Position numbers and translations under genes: made by a program. The notes under the pieces are model-generated. The model was not told the origin of the DNA. It saw only the letters and a list, made by a program, of their open reading frames with translations, and made no database searches. 64,000 bases of DNA from Nitrospirales bacterium (lineage in GTDB: Bacteria; Nitrospirota; Nitrospiria; Nitrospirales; UBA8639). The stretch spans positions 96,001 to 160,000 of the forward strand of contig CBDBCZ010000012.1 of the NCBI GenBank assembly GCA_965203295.1, written 5' to 3'. Shown here piece after piece: positions 52,041-64,000 of the stretch (its first letter is position 1; each line of letters opens with the position of its first letter).

Positions 52041-55000
52041 ATGCAGGCCATTCTAAACTCGCTAGGACTTTACCTGAATGGAGACGACACAAGCAAGCCC
52101 TGGAGATGTTTAATTTGTATGGTTGTTCCATGCATTGTACTAGGGCCTATTGTCCCACACTAATTTGTAGACAGTATATACGTGTGAGTGTATATAGTGT
52201 GCTGGACAAGTGTTGTCACTGCTGCTGAGTTACAAGTGTTGGCAACGCCAAATGTTACACCATGTGTCAGTATCACTGAGCATTTTAGGATGCATCCTAA
52301 AAATGCTCAGTGACACTAAGAGAGAGATATATACCTCTGACTAGCTATATAGCATACGCTACAGCAATTAAGATAAGCTTAATCACATTCATGAACACGT
52401 GTGGTCTAGAGGCCTTGCAAGTGCACGTTGCAAGATGCCTGTACATGTTACATGTACGTACGGCGAATAGGCGGCAATGGCTGTGCGTATCCTTGTGATA
52501 TCAATTTTGCATATCTTAATACGTAGAGTACTAGATAAATTATAGAGCATGCTCATACCTTGCTCTGTTGTCAGCGCATCGAAGACAAGGCTTCCTTTTA
52601 GCTGCCAGTATGCCATACAACTAGCCCCAAGGGCACAGTGTTATGCTGTAACATACACTGCCCTATCTCAAGTACGTCAGAGCTCTAGGCTAGCTGCATC
52701 CCCCATGGCCCAGGTCTGCCCTCACTGATCTGCATAAATACCTCTGTATTATGCTATCAGATAACTTGCAAGTGCCACTAGCTAGATTGTTTTGCAACCA
52801 TTGGAACGGTAGAGCCACATATAAAAGGGTCCAACCCATTCTAAAGTTCCGTGGGCAATGGCCTAAATTATAGGAACAGCTGAGCACGTATGAAGTTGTG
52901 GGACAGGAGGGGACAAGAAGGTTCTATTTCTTATAAGTACGTTCCCATCTGTTAAGGAATGCGTGAACTGGGTACCCACAGGGGCTTATGAGCGTCGGGT
53001 TCATGTACCCAGGATGGTGAAATACTACCAAGGCCTGCACAAGAGCCAGAGTGGTACTCTCCACCCCTGGGTTAATTAGTTGTGTCCATCTTGTTTGTCA
53101 GCTCAAAATTCTATACAAGCTTGGCCAGCTTGTATGGTGCAAGCGAGTGCTCGAGTGCAAGTTAATAACCTCGTAGATCTACTAAAAGATCAGAAGAACA
53201 CAGGAACTTGAACAGTATGAAGGCGAGTGTAGTATTACCGTAAAATTATGAACTCCTCATTAGTAGGGACCCCAAAATCAGTGCCATATTATCTTAATGA
53301 GTATTGTTAAATTCCATACAGAACTCCCAGGGAGACTAGTCAATTAATGGCTGATTGGACACACCTCGTTAAATGCACACACACAATATTAATTGAACAT
53401 GAGTATAATATTGCTATGCTTACGTAAGAATAGTATTACACATGTAAAAATTATGGCACAATCTTTAATTGTGCTCTCAAAACATCTGTGGTATTGAACT
53501 ACGTAGCTAATTCATAGACCTGCAAAATTTGGTGCTGTACATTAGAGATCTAACACACATTAAACGCATGCTGTGCATTAGATACTATCTGGCATAACTA
53601 TTTTGGGAGTGAATTCTGTGTGTTATCTAGCTAATAGCTGGATAGCTATGACCAAATGTTTCAAGGCTAGCTGTCTAGTTTGAAAATAAAGGGTAGCTAC
53701 CTTGTATGTTATCTGACCCCACATGCATGCACACATGTTCATGCATGTATGTATGCATAGTTCCCTCTCCAGACTCTGATTCTAGTTTGTGTTGTAATTG
53801 TGGTGCACGCTGTACCTGAGATTAATTCCGAGCAAAGCAAGGCTATACTCCGGCTCCATTGACCCTTTTTGTCGTTGTCGTCGTCATGGTGGGCACCGTC
53901 CCTCCCAGCCACTTCACCAGACATGGAGCCTACCAAACTCGCAGTGCAAACACTTACCTTCGGTATAAGATTCTGTATGGGAGTCCTGAAAGCGCTCACT
54001 ACTACAGCGAGCCTGCTTCAACCTGCGGTCTGCCAGGTGCATTATTGCACGTAGCCATTCTGTGTAGTGGGTGGGTTATTGTAGGCGTACCCTGTTCCAT
54101 TGACCTTTATCTTTGTGGTAGGCGAGCCACAAAATAAAAAGCCACACCCAGCAATTCTTGCCAAGCGAGGACATCCCTGCACATTGTGCATCACTAATTA
54201 TTAATATCCAATGAAGTACATGTACATGTAGCATTCAGTGGATGTCTCTTTTGAAGTTCAAGACCTCAATTATGGCATGCAACACCATAAATTCCATGTC
54301 CCTGTAGCATGTTACTGGTTTAACCAAAGTACGCAGGGTTGTGCATAGCAGTAAAGATATTGGAGAACCCGTTTAAAATTCTAACAGCAGGCCATTTTAC
54401 ACAACTCTGATAGTCTAACAGTAGCAACAAAGTCATCAGCACTGCATGGTAGCAAAATGTTTCAGTTGTCTTAGCTATACGTATCTAAAAACACACAGCC
54501 TCAAGGACACTGTACAACAATGTAATGAGAGAATTCATTACGTTATCGTTTTTCAGAGTGAAGGTCTTTTACAGCTCTCTCCCTGGCAGATGGACATCTT
54601 CGATACGACACTGGGCCAAAGACTTGTGACCTAGTTGACACACTGAGATATACTGCACACTAAGTCTTATTGATTAAGTATAATCTGCAGAGGAATGATG
54701 CTCACTGTTCTCTGGAACAATCTTCACTACGTACTTCAATTCAACTATGCAACGTACGTATTGATTCAAACTGGACCTATTGGCACACAAAACTGGAACA
54801 CTATTACGAGCAGAATGCAGTTCTACTGCAGATGGATTACCGGGGGGGTGTAAGAGTTATAAATTTAGTGTTTCATTTCCTTATACTGGAAGATACTAAA
54901 TTCCAAATTTAGTTCTACTGGATAGCAGGCATTTTTTTGAGTTTAGTGTTTCATTTTGTATACTAGAAGGTCAAATTTGGACTGAAAATTGATTTTGAAA

Positions 55001-55829
55001 TTGTGAAGATTGCCCTGGGGGACCACAAAAACCATTCTGTCAAAAAAATCTGGTTTTGGATTAATCATATGAACTATACAGGTTGCAGGTTTTCATATGC
55101 TGAACTAGCAAACGTCCTTCAATTGCAAGGGGGTCTGTGGGCATGTCTCCCCCTCATAATTCTCTATTTAACACTTCCCTGAGATTGAAAAATAAGTAAC
55201 CACCTACGTAGCATCAAAAAAGTTTCGTAACTACAGTAACTTTAAAAGCAATGTCATACCTTGAGAGAGGGGGTGCGGAGGCATGTCTCCTATGGGTAAA
55301 GGTCTGTACTTGGGGCAGCAGGCCAGTGTGATCTTTGTACTGTTCACTGTGTTGCTGTGCCAGCTGAGTACAATTCAAATGTTATTGGAAGTTCATTGTC
55401 AATACTAAATTGCTGAGCACTATAGGCTCAGAATGTCAAGTAGCATGCATAGTTACATTCGAAAAATGAAAGAACGTACGGGGATGAATCCCCCCAAAAA
55501 GTAGCGTACAAGGCAGGAACACACCACACTACTTTTCAGATTGCCATCTCTAGATACATCTGACATGTCCAACCACGCCTCAGTGATGATTTCAGCAAAA
55601 GCCAGGAACAATTAACCCAAGGACAGTTAATACAGAGGCTTGCAATGAACAGGTAGTTGCTATTTACACAAAGGGTCTACACTGGGGATTAATAATGCAT
55701 GTGTAATATATGTATGTTATGACACTGAGCTGCATACATGCATGCATTCTCATTGCTAATGGCCTTCCCATATCAATTAAGTGCAGTGCAGGCTGGTTGG
55801 TGAATTTTTAAGGCACCATAATCAGATTT

Positions 55830-56155
55830 GTTTTCATACATAATCATATCTCTCAGCATCCAATATATTGACTTTATACCACCACTTAATTTTGCATCTA
55901 TCCCTCCTGTCTTTCAAAGATTCTAACCCCATATCCCCCTACTGCTTCATTGCACGTTTTAGAAGAGCAGTCAAGTATTTTTTAGCTGCTCCTAGCTGAG
56001 TAGATTCCAAGGAAGCTGTCTGCCTTTTATTACAAGCCCACACTATTCTAAGTAGGACTAAGTACCGAAACTAGCAATAACCTTCTTGCAACTGTACTGA
56101 TATTCCTATGACTTAAAAACCTACGTAATTGATTCAATTTTCTCTCCTATATTCA
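55830..56155 (-). mobile_element. LINE fragment of the same family as 6245-8268
   Basis: Matches ~6400-6670 (CACGTTTTAGAAGAGCAG..TTTTTAGCTGCTCCTAGCTGA..TTACAAGCCCACACT). Confidence 0.8.
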
Positions 56156-59100
56156 TTGTATCTACCTGCACACTACCTGAGACCAGCAACAAGTTGTAAT
56201 CTGCAACTATATAATGAATGACAGAATTCTGCTTCATACAAGGCTATACGTACATACCTTACTGAATGTCAGCACATGTTCTTCTTGCTGCAGTATGGTT
56301 GAGAGAGTATGGCATACTCTGCACCCAGTGGTCACGCTTGGTGACTGTAGTAGGCCTATAGAATTGATTATTGTCATATTTTCAATGTCAGCTATTCAGT
56401 TCTGCCTTCTAAAATTAGGGTATATAACCAAGGAGAGTAGCCAACATCAAGTGTGCATGCTGCTGGCTGCTGTAGCTAAGTGCTGGTGGCTACTTGATAT
56501 GTATTCATAAACTCGATACTTTGAGTGAAATCTATTACCTACAGCTAATAGTTTGAGATGACATAATCACTGTAGCTTTAAGCACTAGACTCTGGGAGAA
56601 TAGCTGTTTGTGCAGATTTCAGACAAGTGCAAGAAAGAGTGGGGAAGTGTTCAGAGGAATATACGAGCGGGCTGCACACACTCTCAATAACTGAAAGAGT
56701 GACAATTAGTGCTATTGCTATATCCTGCCAGACACCATTACAGCACATATGTTGCAGGGTTTCATACACAGAGTAAAAGTTCCCGCAAAATGGTGAAGGC
56801 GAGTCTAATTTTTTTTTCACCTCGGGAGCATTATTTCTTACTTCAAGTAGAACAGCAGATCTTGGCAATAAAGTTGCAAACATTCTCCCAAACATTAATT
56901 GTTGCCTGAGCCTTTGGTTATTGGTTGTCCTAAAAAAAGGGCAGTATTATTTATACCTCACACCATGAAACTTGGATAAATGTGTTGGAAACAAGAATAC
57001 TCATCAAGGGGTAGTTCTCAAGCATCTACCCTCAAGATATTGGTGTCAGCTTTAGCTATAAATTATCGGAGAGATACTTCTCAGACCGAGTTGATGTACC
57101 CCAGAATATACTTCAGACACTGAAGTAGTATGTAAGAATATTAGCTAAAGAAACACTTTACCTTGAAATAGAGAAGGATAGTTCAACAAAAGTCATGCCA
57201 CTCTCGCTAGCCGTCCTCTTTAGTGGTTTCCTGCTAGAGTTTAGGCTCTCCTGACGACTGCAGAGTACCAATGAAAACATCATTGATGAATTTCCCATAC
57301 AATGAACGGTAGATGTATTATAAATGCAAATGAAGATATTGATCATGAGAACCTACGTTACTCTGCAAACATGTACACCATATTTTGTTACCTTACAACA
57401 TTGCAATTTCTGCATGGAATGCCATGACGGTAGACACTATCAACCAGTTGAGTGCACAGCATGCCCACACAGGCTCTCTGATCTTGGCCACTAGCTCTAT
57501 GCACGTGCTTGCTAATCAAAAAACTATACATGAAGATAAGAGTTTTGAATGCTACCTACAGGTTCGTAGTTACTGTAGAAGGCAGACATTAGACTGAAAT
57601 TATTACTATAGCAGAAGTCTGATTAATTAGTCCTGAGGTGGCAGCTGTTCATGTACTCATGTACAAAGGAAGATCTCCAGTGGTTACTTTGCTGTCACAG
57701 ACTTGGTAGCTATTGTTATTTATCGTAATTCAAGTACACATCATAGCAACATTGCAGGGAATGCAGTTTTGTTGGTGATTCAATTTCAAACCAGAAGGCT
57801 TGTTATAGCCTTCTTGTTGATTAAGGAATTAATCATCCAAACACTCCTCTACGTATGGACATTTGGGTGAGAGATTTGCCTATCTACGGTTTAGAGATGC
57901 TCACACAATCTGGTGGTAATGTTTGGTAGCAGTTCCAAATGTTGCACCATATGTATCCTTAATAGGACAGTATCCACCATACCTACAGAAGAAAAAAAAA
58001 GGAAATTTGCCTTATTCCAAGGCTCTCCCCGGCCAATGAATTCAAAACTAATGGCAGAAGCATTTTCTTGTGAACTGGAAACTACCACCTCAGTCTGTGA
58101 ATTGGTACTAACTGATAAACTGTATTGTACATTTAATAAATCTGTGTGTGGCACTAATCCCAAATAAACCCAAACCTCTAAAATACAGGCATATGGTTCA
58201 AGATTCAGGGTACAATAAATCTTATAGGAGTCAATGTGCTGATTTTGGAAACTGGCTTATGAGCATACCTGGTAACCCACCTCATGTTGCTGATGAGGTT
58301 TAGTTTCTGAATTGAGTTAGTGCGTTTACACATCCATGTATATCGAGTTCTTTTTAAACGGGATCCTGAAATGCCTAAACAGAGCTCATGAATTCATAAA
58401 AGGAAATGCACAGTACAGTTGATAGATCGAACAAATAACAAAATATTAAGCAATGCAGGGAAAGATAAATCCTGGCACTGTGTGGGTTCCATCTCAGGAT
58501 TATATCTAGCACACTATCCATTAGAGCGCTCTTCAACTTGATGTTCGAGTCTAAATATTAAAGCTTATATATACTTCATAATGGAACTGTGGAACGTTGG
58601 CTGATGTAGCTACAGACGCTAGTGTGGCCCAAAAAGCAGCATTCAGCTACTTAGTAGAGCAGCTAAGGTTCGTGTATCTGTCCCCATCTTGCATGAAATT
58701 ATGCTGGAAATCAGACAGCAACCTTACCAATAGTTTGAAGTGTGAAGTCATGCAGCCAGCCCACGCTTGGATCAGACCATCCCCACCACCCAGACTAAGG
58801 ATTGGACTAGTCTCGTTTCCAGCTCACAATCAAGGCGAAGGATACTAAAGCGGTGTTAGCCTTAGTTTTGCGCTGGTAACGAGAAAACGACCTGACCCAG
58901 AAATATAGTAGTCAGATACTCTCACCCGTAATTTAAGCTACTTTTGCCTCAGGCAGATGAGCGGCAGTATCTGTTCCACTTACCCTGGGATATGACTGTC
59001 AGAGCAACCTACTGAAGACCCTGCAACGTTTGGCAACACGTCCATCCAACCGTTCCTCGTCGCGTGCGCTCGCTCCTAGCTAGATCGTACGTACGTAAGC

Positions 59101-60829
59101 TTTAATAATAGGTCTACCTGTAGCTCCTTGAGCCCCGCCCCATTCCTAAATTGCTCTCGTGATTGGTACATGTGAGTCTTGCCCAGCCACGTCGCCTTAT
59201 ATCTAGCTGTAATAGCTAGCTCAAGTTATGACGGTCCTGACGATACTGGGGGTGAAGTGTCTAGACGAGGCTATGTACCAACAGGCACAGCACTTTCTCC
59301 AGGTACGCGGTGGAAAAGAAAATATACCCGTGCTCTAATCACATGCTATTTTACTAGTCTCTCGGGCTAGACTATTTTAACGAGGGAGGAGTGTAGTCTG
59401 GTGACTATTGCCGCAGTTCCGTTCCTTTATGCAAATTATGTAAATACTGTAGGGCGTCACATAAGGGAGTGTATAGTACTTTATAGCGAAAAGCATGTTA
59501 TGTCGTTAGTCTTGCAAGCCAGTTGATCTCGCGAAAGTTGATCTTGTGTGTAACAGAGTTTCTTACCTTTTAAACTTAACATGAAACACTAGCAAGTAGC
59601 ATAGAGACTTACCGCTACACGGAAGGCTCACAACACGTCTCTCCCTTGTACAAATCACTTGACCACTGTAGTTCCAGCTTTGGACGTAGCTGCATGAGTG
59701 TATTCGAAAAAAAAATTGAGGGTAGCTAGCTTCATAATGTTGCTACTATACCACATGACCTCGCATATACCCGAATTTAATTACTCTCTATTTAACACCC
59801 TTTGTGACGTTAGGGTTGGGGTTGCAGTTAGGCAACATACAGTAGGAGTTAATTTCCGTATTTCTGGTACAATACAGCATAATCCACTCTGGAGTAGCAG
59901 TTACACATGTTTTAGCAGTAGTGATGCACTTAATGTTCCCTTCATAGAAAATGAGGCACTCAAACTTCTGATATTCTGGTATTATTTGAAGGTTTACCTC
60001 TCATTGTAGGTCCCATGTTTGTAAAGGCCTGGTTTGAATCCTAGCTGCTTTTCTTTTACAAAACGTAGGGACCAGTGATCACTCTTGCATACAGTGCCAT
60101 CACATCTACCTTTATCCCGTAGTATTCAGTGCCTTCATTTGTTGCTACAGAGAGAGTGGACAATAGTAATGATCCATCCCTGTACTATCTCACTACTATC
60201 GCCCCCTGAAGGTGTTTTGTGCTAGTGATGAAAATATTCAATCTATACAGCTTGAGGAAGTTGAAAGGGCAATAGGGGTTTGATAGGAGGAAAGTCTGAA
60301 CAAAGAGCAAACTGCTTGAAAGGAAACCACTGTATGTCTGCATGGGGTTGGAAGTGGTGTAGTAGATTATTTTACCTTGGGGGGCTACAATATTGATCTC
60401 TATCTAAGTTGACTTCATGAATCTGAATCCTCATATGGTATACCTGATTTAGCAGTATTGATACATACCGTCACTATCCTCAAAGTTTAAGGGTCCTACT
60501 TTGTAGGCACCCAAGTATGGAGGGTGTAAGGAAGAGGATAGGGTTCTTTAGATGGGTACTGTCGTAGTTTTCACTTCTTCTGATCAGCTGAAGAATGTCT
60601 ACAGCCCTTTACGTTTTCAGTGCACTCAAATTCTGCTTCAGCCTGTGGGTAGTCTGTGCATGCCTCCTGAATGCATTGTTGCTTGTTCCATTGGTTTTTG
60701 GGGAAGTGTTTTTTTTGGTGGAAGTGCATCTGTACATGACTGGTTTTGCACTTTTTTGAAAGTGCTTTTTTCATTATTGCCTTGTTATGTGTACTCTAAG
60801 TTTTCTAGTGCTGAATGTGGCGGTTTACC

Positions 60830-62288
60830 TCAGAAAACAGCAGTTGAAAAGCACAGCCTCAATACTAAAACTTAAGGATAACTAATGGAGAAACACCAAT
60901 AAATTTGAGAAAGGCAGCCTAAATACTAAAACTGAAGACTAACAGACAAAAACTAATACATTCGATAAACACGGCATAAATACTAAAATTCTAGACTAAC
61001 TAATGCACAGACACTAAGTCAGTCAAAAAACAGGGCCTCAATACTAAAATGCAAGACTAACTAAATGACAGACAGTAATAAAGTCGAGAAAGGCGGCCTG
61101 AGTATTAAAACTCATGACAAACTGACAAACAGACTCCCATACAGTCAATAAACATGGCTTAAATACAAAAACTCAATAGGCAGAGACTTACGCATGCCAG
61201 CGACACGGCTTAAATACTGAAACTGCTAACTAACTAACCCATAGACACTAATACTGTTGAGGAACACAGCCTAAAGAGTAAACTTCAAGACTACCTAACA
61301 GACACACTATTACAATCAAGAAAGTCGGCCTAAATATTGAAACTCAAGACTAGCTAACAGATAGACAGACAGACATAATACAGTCGAGAAACATAGCCTA
61401 AATACTAAAACTCAAAACTAACTAACAGACAACCTCTACTACAGTTGAGAAACATGGCCTAAATAGTGGAAGTCGAGACGAACTAATAGACAAACGCATG
61501 CCAGAAACATGGCCTAAAAACTAAAACGCAAAACTAACTAGTAGATAGGCGCTAATACAGTCGATAAACACTAAGTTATTACTAAAACTCATAACTAAAG
61601 AACAGACAGACTTTAATACAGTCGAGAAACACGGCTTAAAGACTAGAACTGAAGACTAACGGGCAGACAGACACTAATACAGTCGAGAAACAATTGCTAA
61701 GTACTAAAACTCAAGACTAACTAACAGACAGACACTAATTAGTACAGTCGAAAAACGCGGACTAAATACTAAAACTCAATGCTAACTAACTGACAGAAAA
61801 TTAGTAGTCGAGCAACACAACGTAAATACTAAAACTCAAGCCTAGCTAACAGTCAGACACTTATACAGTCGAGAAACATGGCTTGAATACTACAACCCAA
61901 GACTAACTAACAGACAGGCACTAATACAGCCAAAAAACATGGCTTAGATACAAGACTAGCCAAAAAACATGGCTTAGATACAAGACTAGTTAACAGACAG
62001 AGAATATGCATGCCAGAATCTAGGCCTAAAAACTGCAACTGCAAACTGAGGAGCAGACGCTAATACGATCGGGAAACACAGCCTACAGACTAAAACTTAG
62101 AACTAACTAACAGACAGGCACTACTACATTCAAGAAACACGGCTTAGGTGCTAATACTCAAAACTAACGAACAGACAGACTAATACAATCGACAAACACG
62201 GCCTAACTAAAAGTTAGACGCTAATACATTCGTAAAACAAGGCTTAGGTACTAAAACTCAAGACTACCTCGCAGACTGACAGACGCTA
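60830..62288. repeat. Diverged satellite, ~57-61-bp unit, roughly 25 copies
   Basis: Consensus AATACAGTCGAGAAACACGGCCTAAATACTAAAACTCAAGACTAACTAACAGACAGACACT. Confidence 0.92.
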
Positions 62289-62289
62289 A

Positions 62290-63362
62290 TAGAGTAAGCC
62301 ACTATTGGTCTGCCACCAGGTATATTCAGACGTGGTAGCGCCGAGTGTGTAAATTACCGGAAGTGGGCGGGATAGTACAAACCCTTTGCACTTTAAGTTG
62401 AAGTTTGGTGTTCCTCCATTGCTTGGTTCTGGAGCTACATGTATCGCCTTCCAAATTTAAATTCGGGCAAAGCTATGATTGGGCAAATCTATATATTGTC
62501 GGTCTCTGTTCCGTGTTTCCTCCCTGAAGCAATTTTCGGAGTTCTTTCTTTATTATTGGGAAGCCCCAGTACCATGCTGCCGCACGCCAACCTTTCGCCA
62601 TAGTAGCTGCTTTGAGCACAGAGGGTGCTGCTGAATGTATGGCTGTGTCACAATCTCTATAATTGGACAGTGGATTTCGAATTTTTTTCTGTTTATAGAC
62701 CCCATAACACTCTGTAGCGCTAGCATTTGGATATTGTTGTAAAGTACAGGTACTTAGCAGCACAACTGTGCAAGCCCGATGTTTACACGTACGTGCTATG
62801 GTTCTCAAGATAGAGCTGTTCGTCTTAATGCTGAAGCTTTTAGTGTACGAAATCAGGTAAAGCAGCTCTATCTCGGGAAGGACGCGACATCTAAACATCA
62901 ATTAAACTTGCACCGTTGTGTTGCTAAGTGTCTACATTCCCAATGATATCCCAATCTTAGCATTGGAGAGTGTCTTGGGCTCCTTACACCGCAAAAAAAT
63001 AATCCACTGTCCGATTATGGAGAGGGTGACACGGCTCTACATTCAACAGCACTCCTCTGTGCTCAAAGCAGCAACGATGGCGAAAGGTTGGTGTGTGGCA
63101 GCATGGTAGTGGGGCTTCCCAATAATGAAGAGAGATCACCGAAAGTTGCTTCAGGGAGAAAATACAAAATGGAGGCCAGCAATACATACATTTGCCCAAT
63201 CATAGCTGTGTCCCGAATTTAAAGTTTGCTATAGCTCCAGAACCAAGCCATTGAAAAACACCAAACTTTCAACTCGAAGTGTGAAAGGGTCTTTACTATC
63301 GATGAGGGTAATTTGCACGCTCGGTGCACCAGGGGGTGGCTGGTCATCAGTAGCTTACTCTA
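62290..63362. mobile_element. Non-autonomous DNA transposon with ~400-bp imperfect TIRs
   Basis: Termini TAGAGTAAGC / GCTTACTCTA; arms ~62290-62690 and ~62990-63362 are reverse complements, so both strands give SVLKAATMAKGW pseudo-ORFs. Confidence 0.8.
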
Positions 63363-64000
63363 GTGAGTAATCCATGAATTGTAAATGAAGTTTGGTGTTT
63401 GTGCGTATAAATAAAGTTGGAGTGAATTGATGATTGTATCTGTGGTTGTTAATTGTAGTGATATGAATCAAATCTAAGAGAAATATATCGAAGTGACAAG
63501 CAGCGTTAGTCTGCAACAATCTTTAAGCTCCTCTTTGACAGTGGAAGGGAAGAGAACTTCTTATCAGTATCTGATTGCTTGCACATTTTACACGTATCGA
63601 CACGTCTTATATGGGGTCCTCACTTTCACAAAATACATAAATTACAGCATTTCCATGAACTACACAAGTGAAAATCTATTGTACCACAGTTACAAGTTTC
63701 TGTTCTATATATACTATGTGTCTTGGAGAATGGTCCATAAAGTACTAGTCAATGCCTCAGTATCTAATTGGCTAAATGCAAAAAATTTAATGTTGGGGCT
63801 AACATGGCTGCATGTGATTGTATTTAGGGCTCAGTTGATATATAGCTCTGTACATACACTAAATGAAATGTTACAGTTTTAGAGACCTCTAACAATCCTC
63901 TAAGCATGTGTTGGTGTACATTAAGAGATTCTAATCCCTTCAGGTACTCCATATCCTTCCTCTTCAGGTTCTTCCTCACTTAGAACAGTTTGAGTGTATC

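Noticed and set aside
53958..54042. Possible minus-strand first exon (MHLADRRLKQARCSSERFQDSHTESYTE, GTAAGT donor), perhaps of CDC50
   Set aside because: The phase would fit, but there is no recognisable homology and it is 12 kb away; unsupported
60830..62288. ~60-bp periodic array as CRISPR (repeat + spacer)
   Set aside because: The whole unit is homologous between copies; it is a diverged satellite
62473..63109. Two ORFs sharing SVLKAATMAKGW as paralogous genes
   Set aside because: They are the two arms of one inverted repeat

Overview
Eukaryotic, intron-rich, repeat-dense animal DNA. The small GT-AG introns, abundant TACATGTA motifs and MITE types suggest an early-branching metazoan such as a demosponge (inference). 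The main feature is a large minus-strand rolling-circle transposon of the Helentron/Helitron2 type (ORFs 11945-18162). It encodes a basic 15-aa repeat array, a Cys-rich DUF6570-like region, an HUH Rep nuclease, a Pif1 (SF1B) helicase and a C-terminal OTU-like cysteine protease. An apparent internal deletion splits the ORF, and a hairpin plus a 15-bp subterminal inverted repeat at about 20171-20207 may mark one end. Around it are three host genes that all look incomplete or damaged: the 3' part of an adhesion GPCR (+, no recognisable TM6 exon), a 5' part of CEP78 (-) and a CDC50/TMEM30 pseudogene (-). The rest comprises non-autonomous Helentron-like elements, LINE RT relics, a Tigger/pogo relic, a hAT derivative, hairpin MITEs, segmental duplications and satellites. 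No rRNA, tRNA or CRISPR array is evident. All family assignments come from motif recognition by eye, not database searches.
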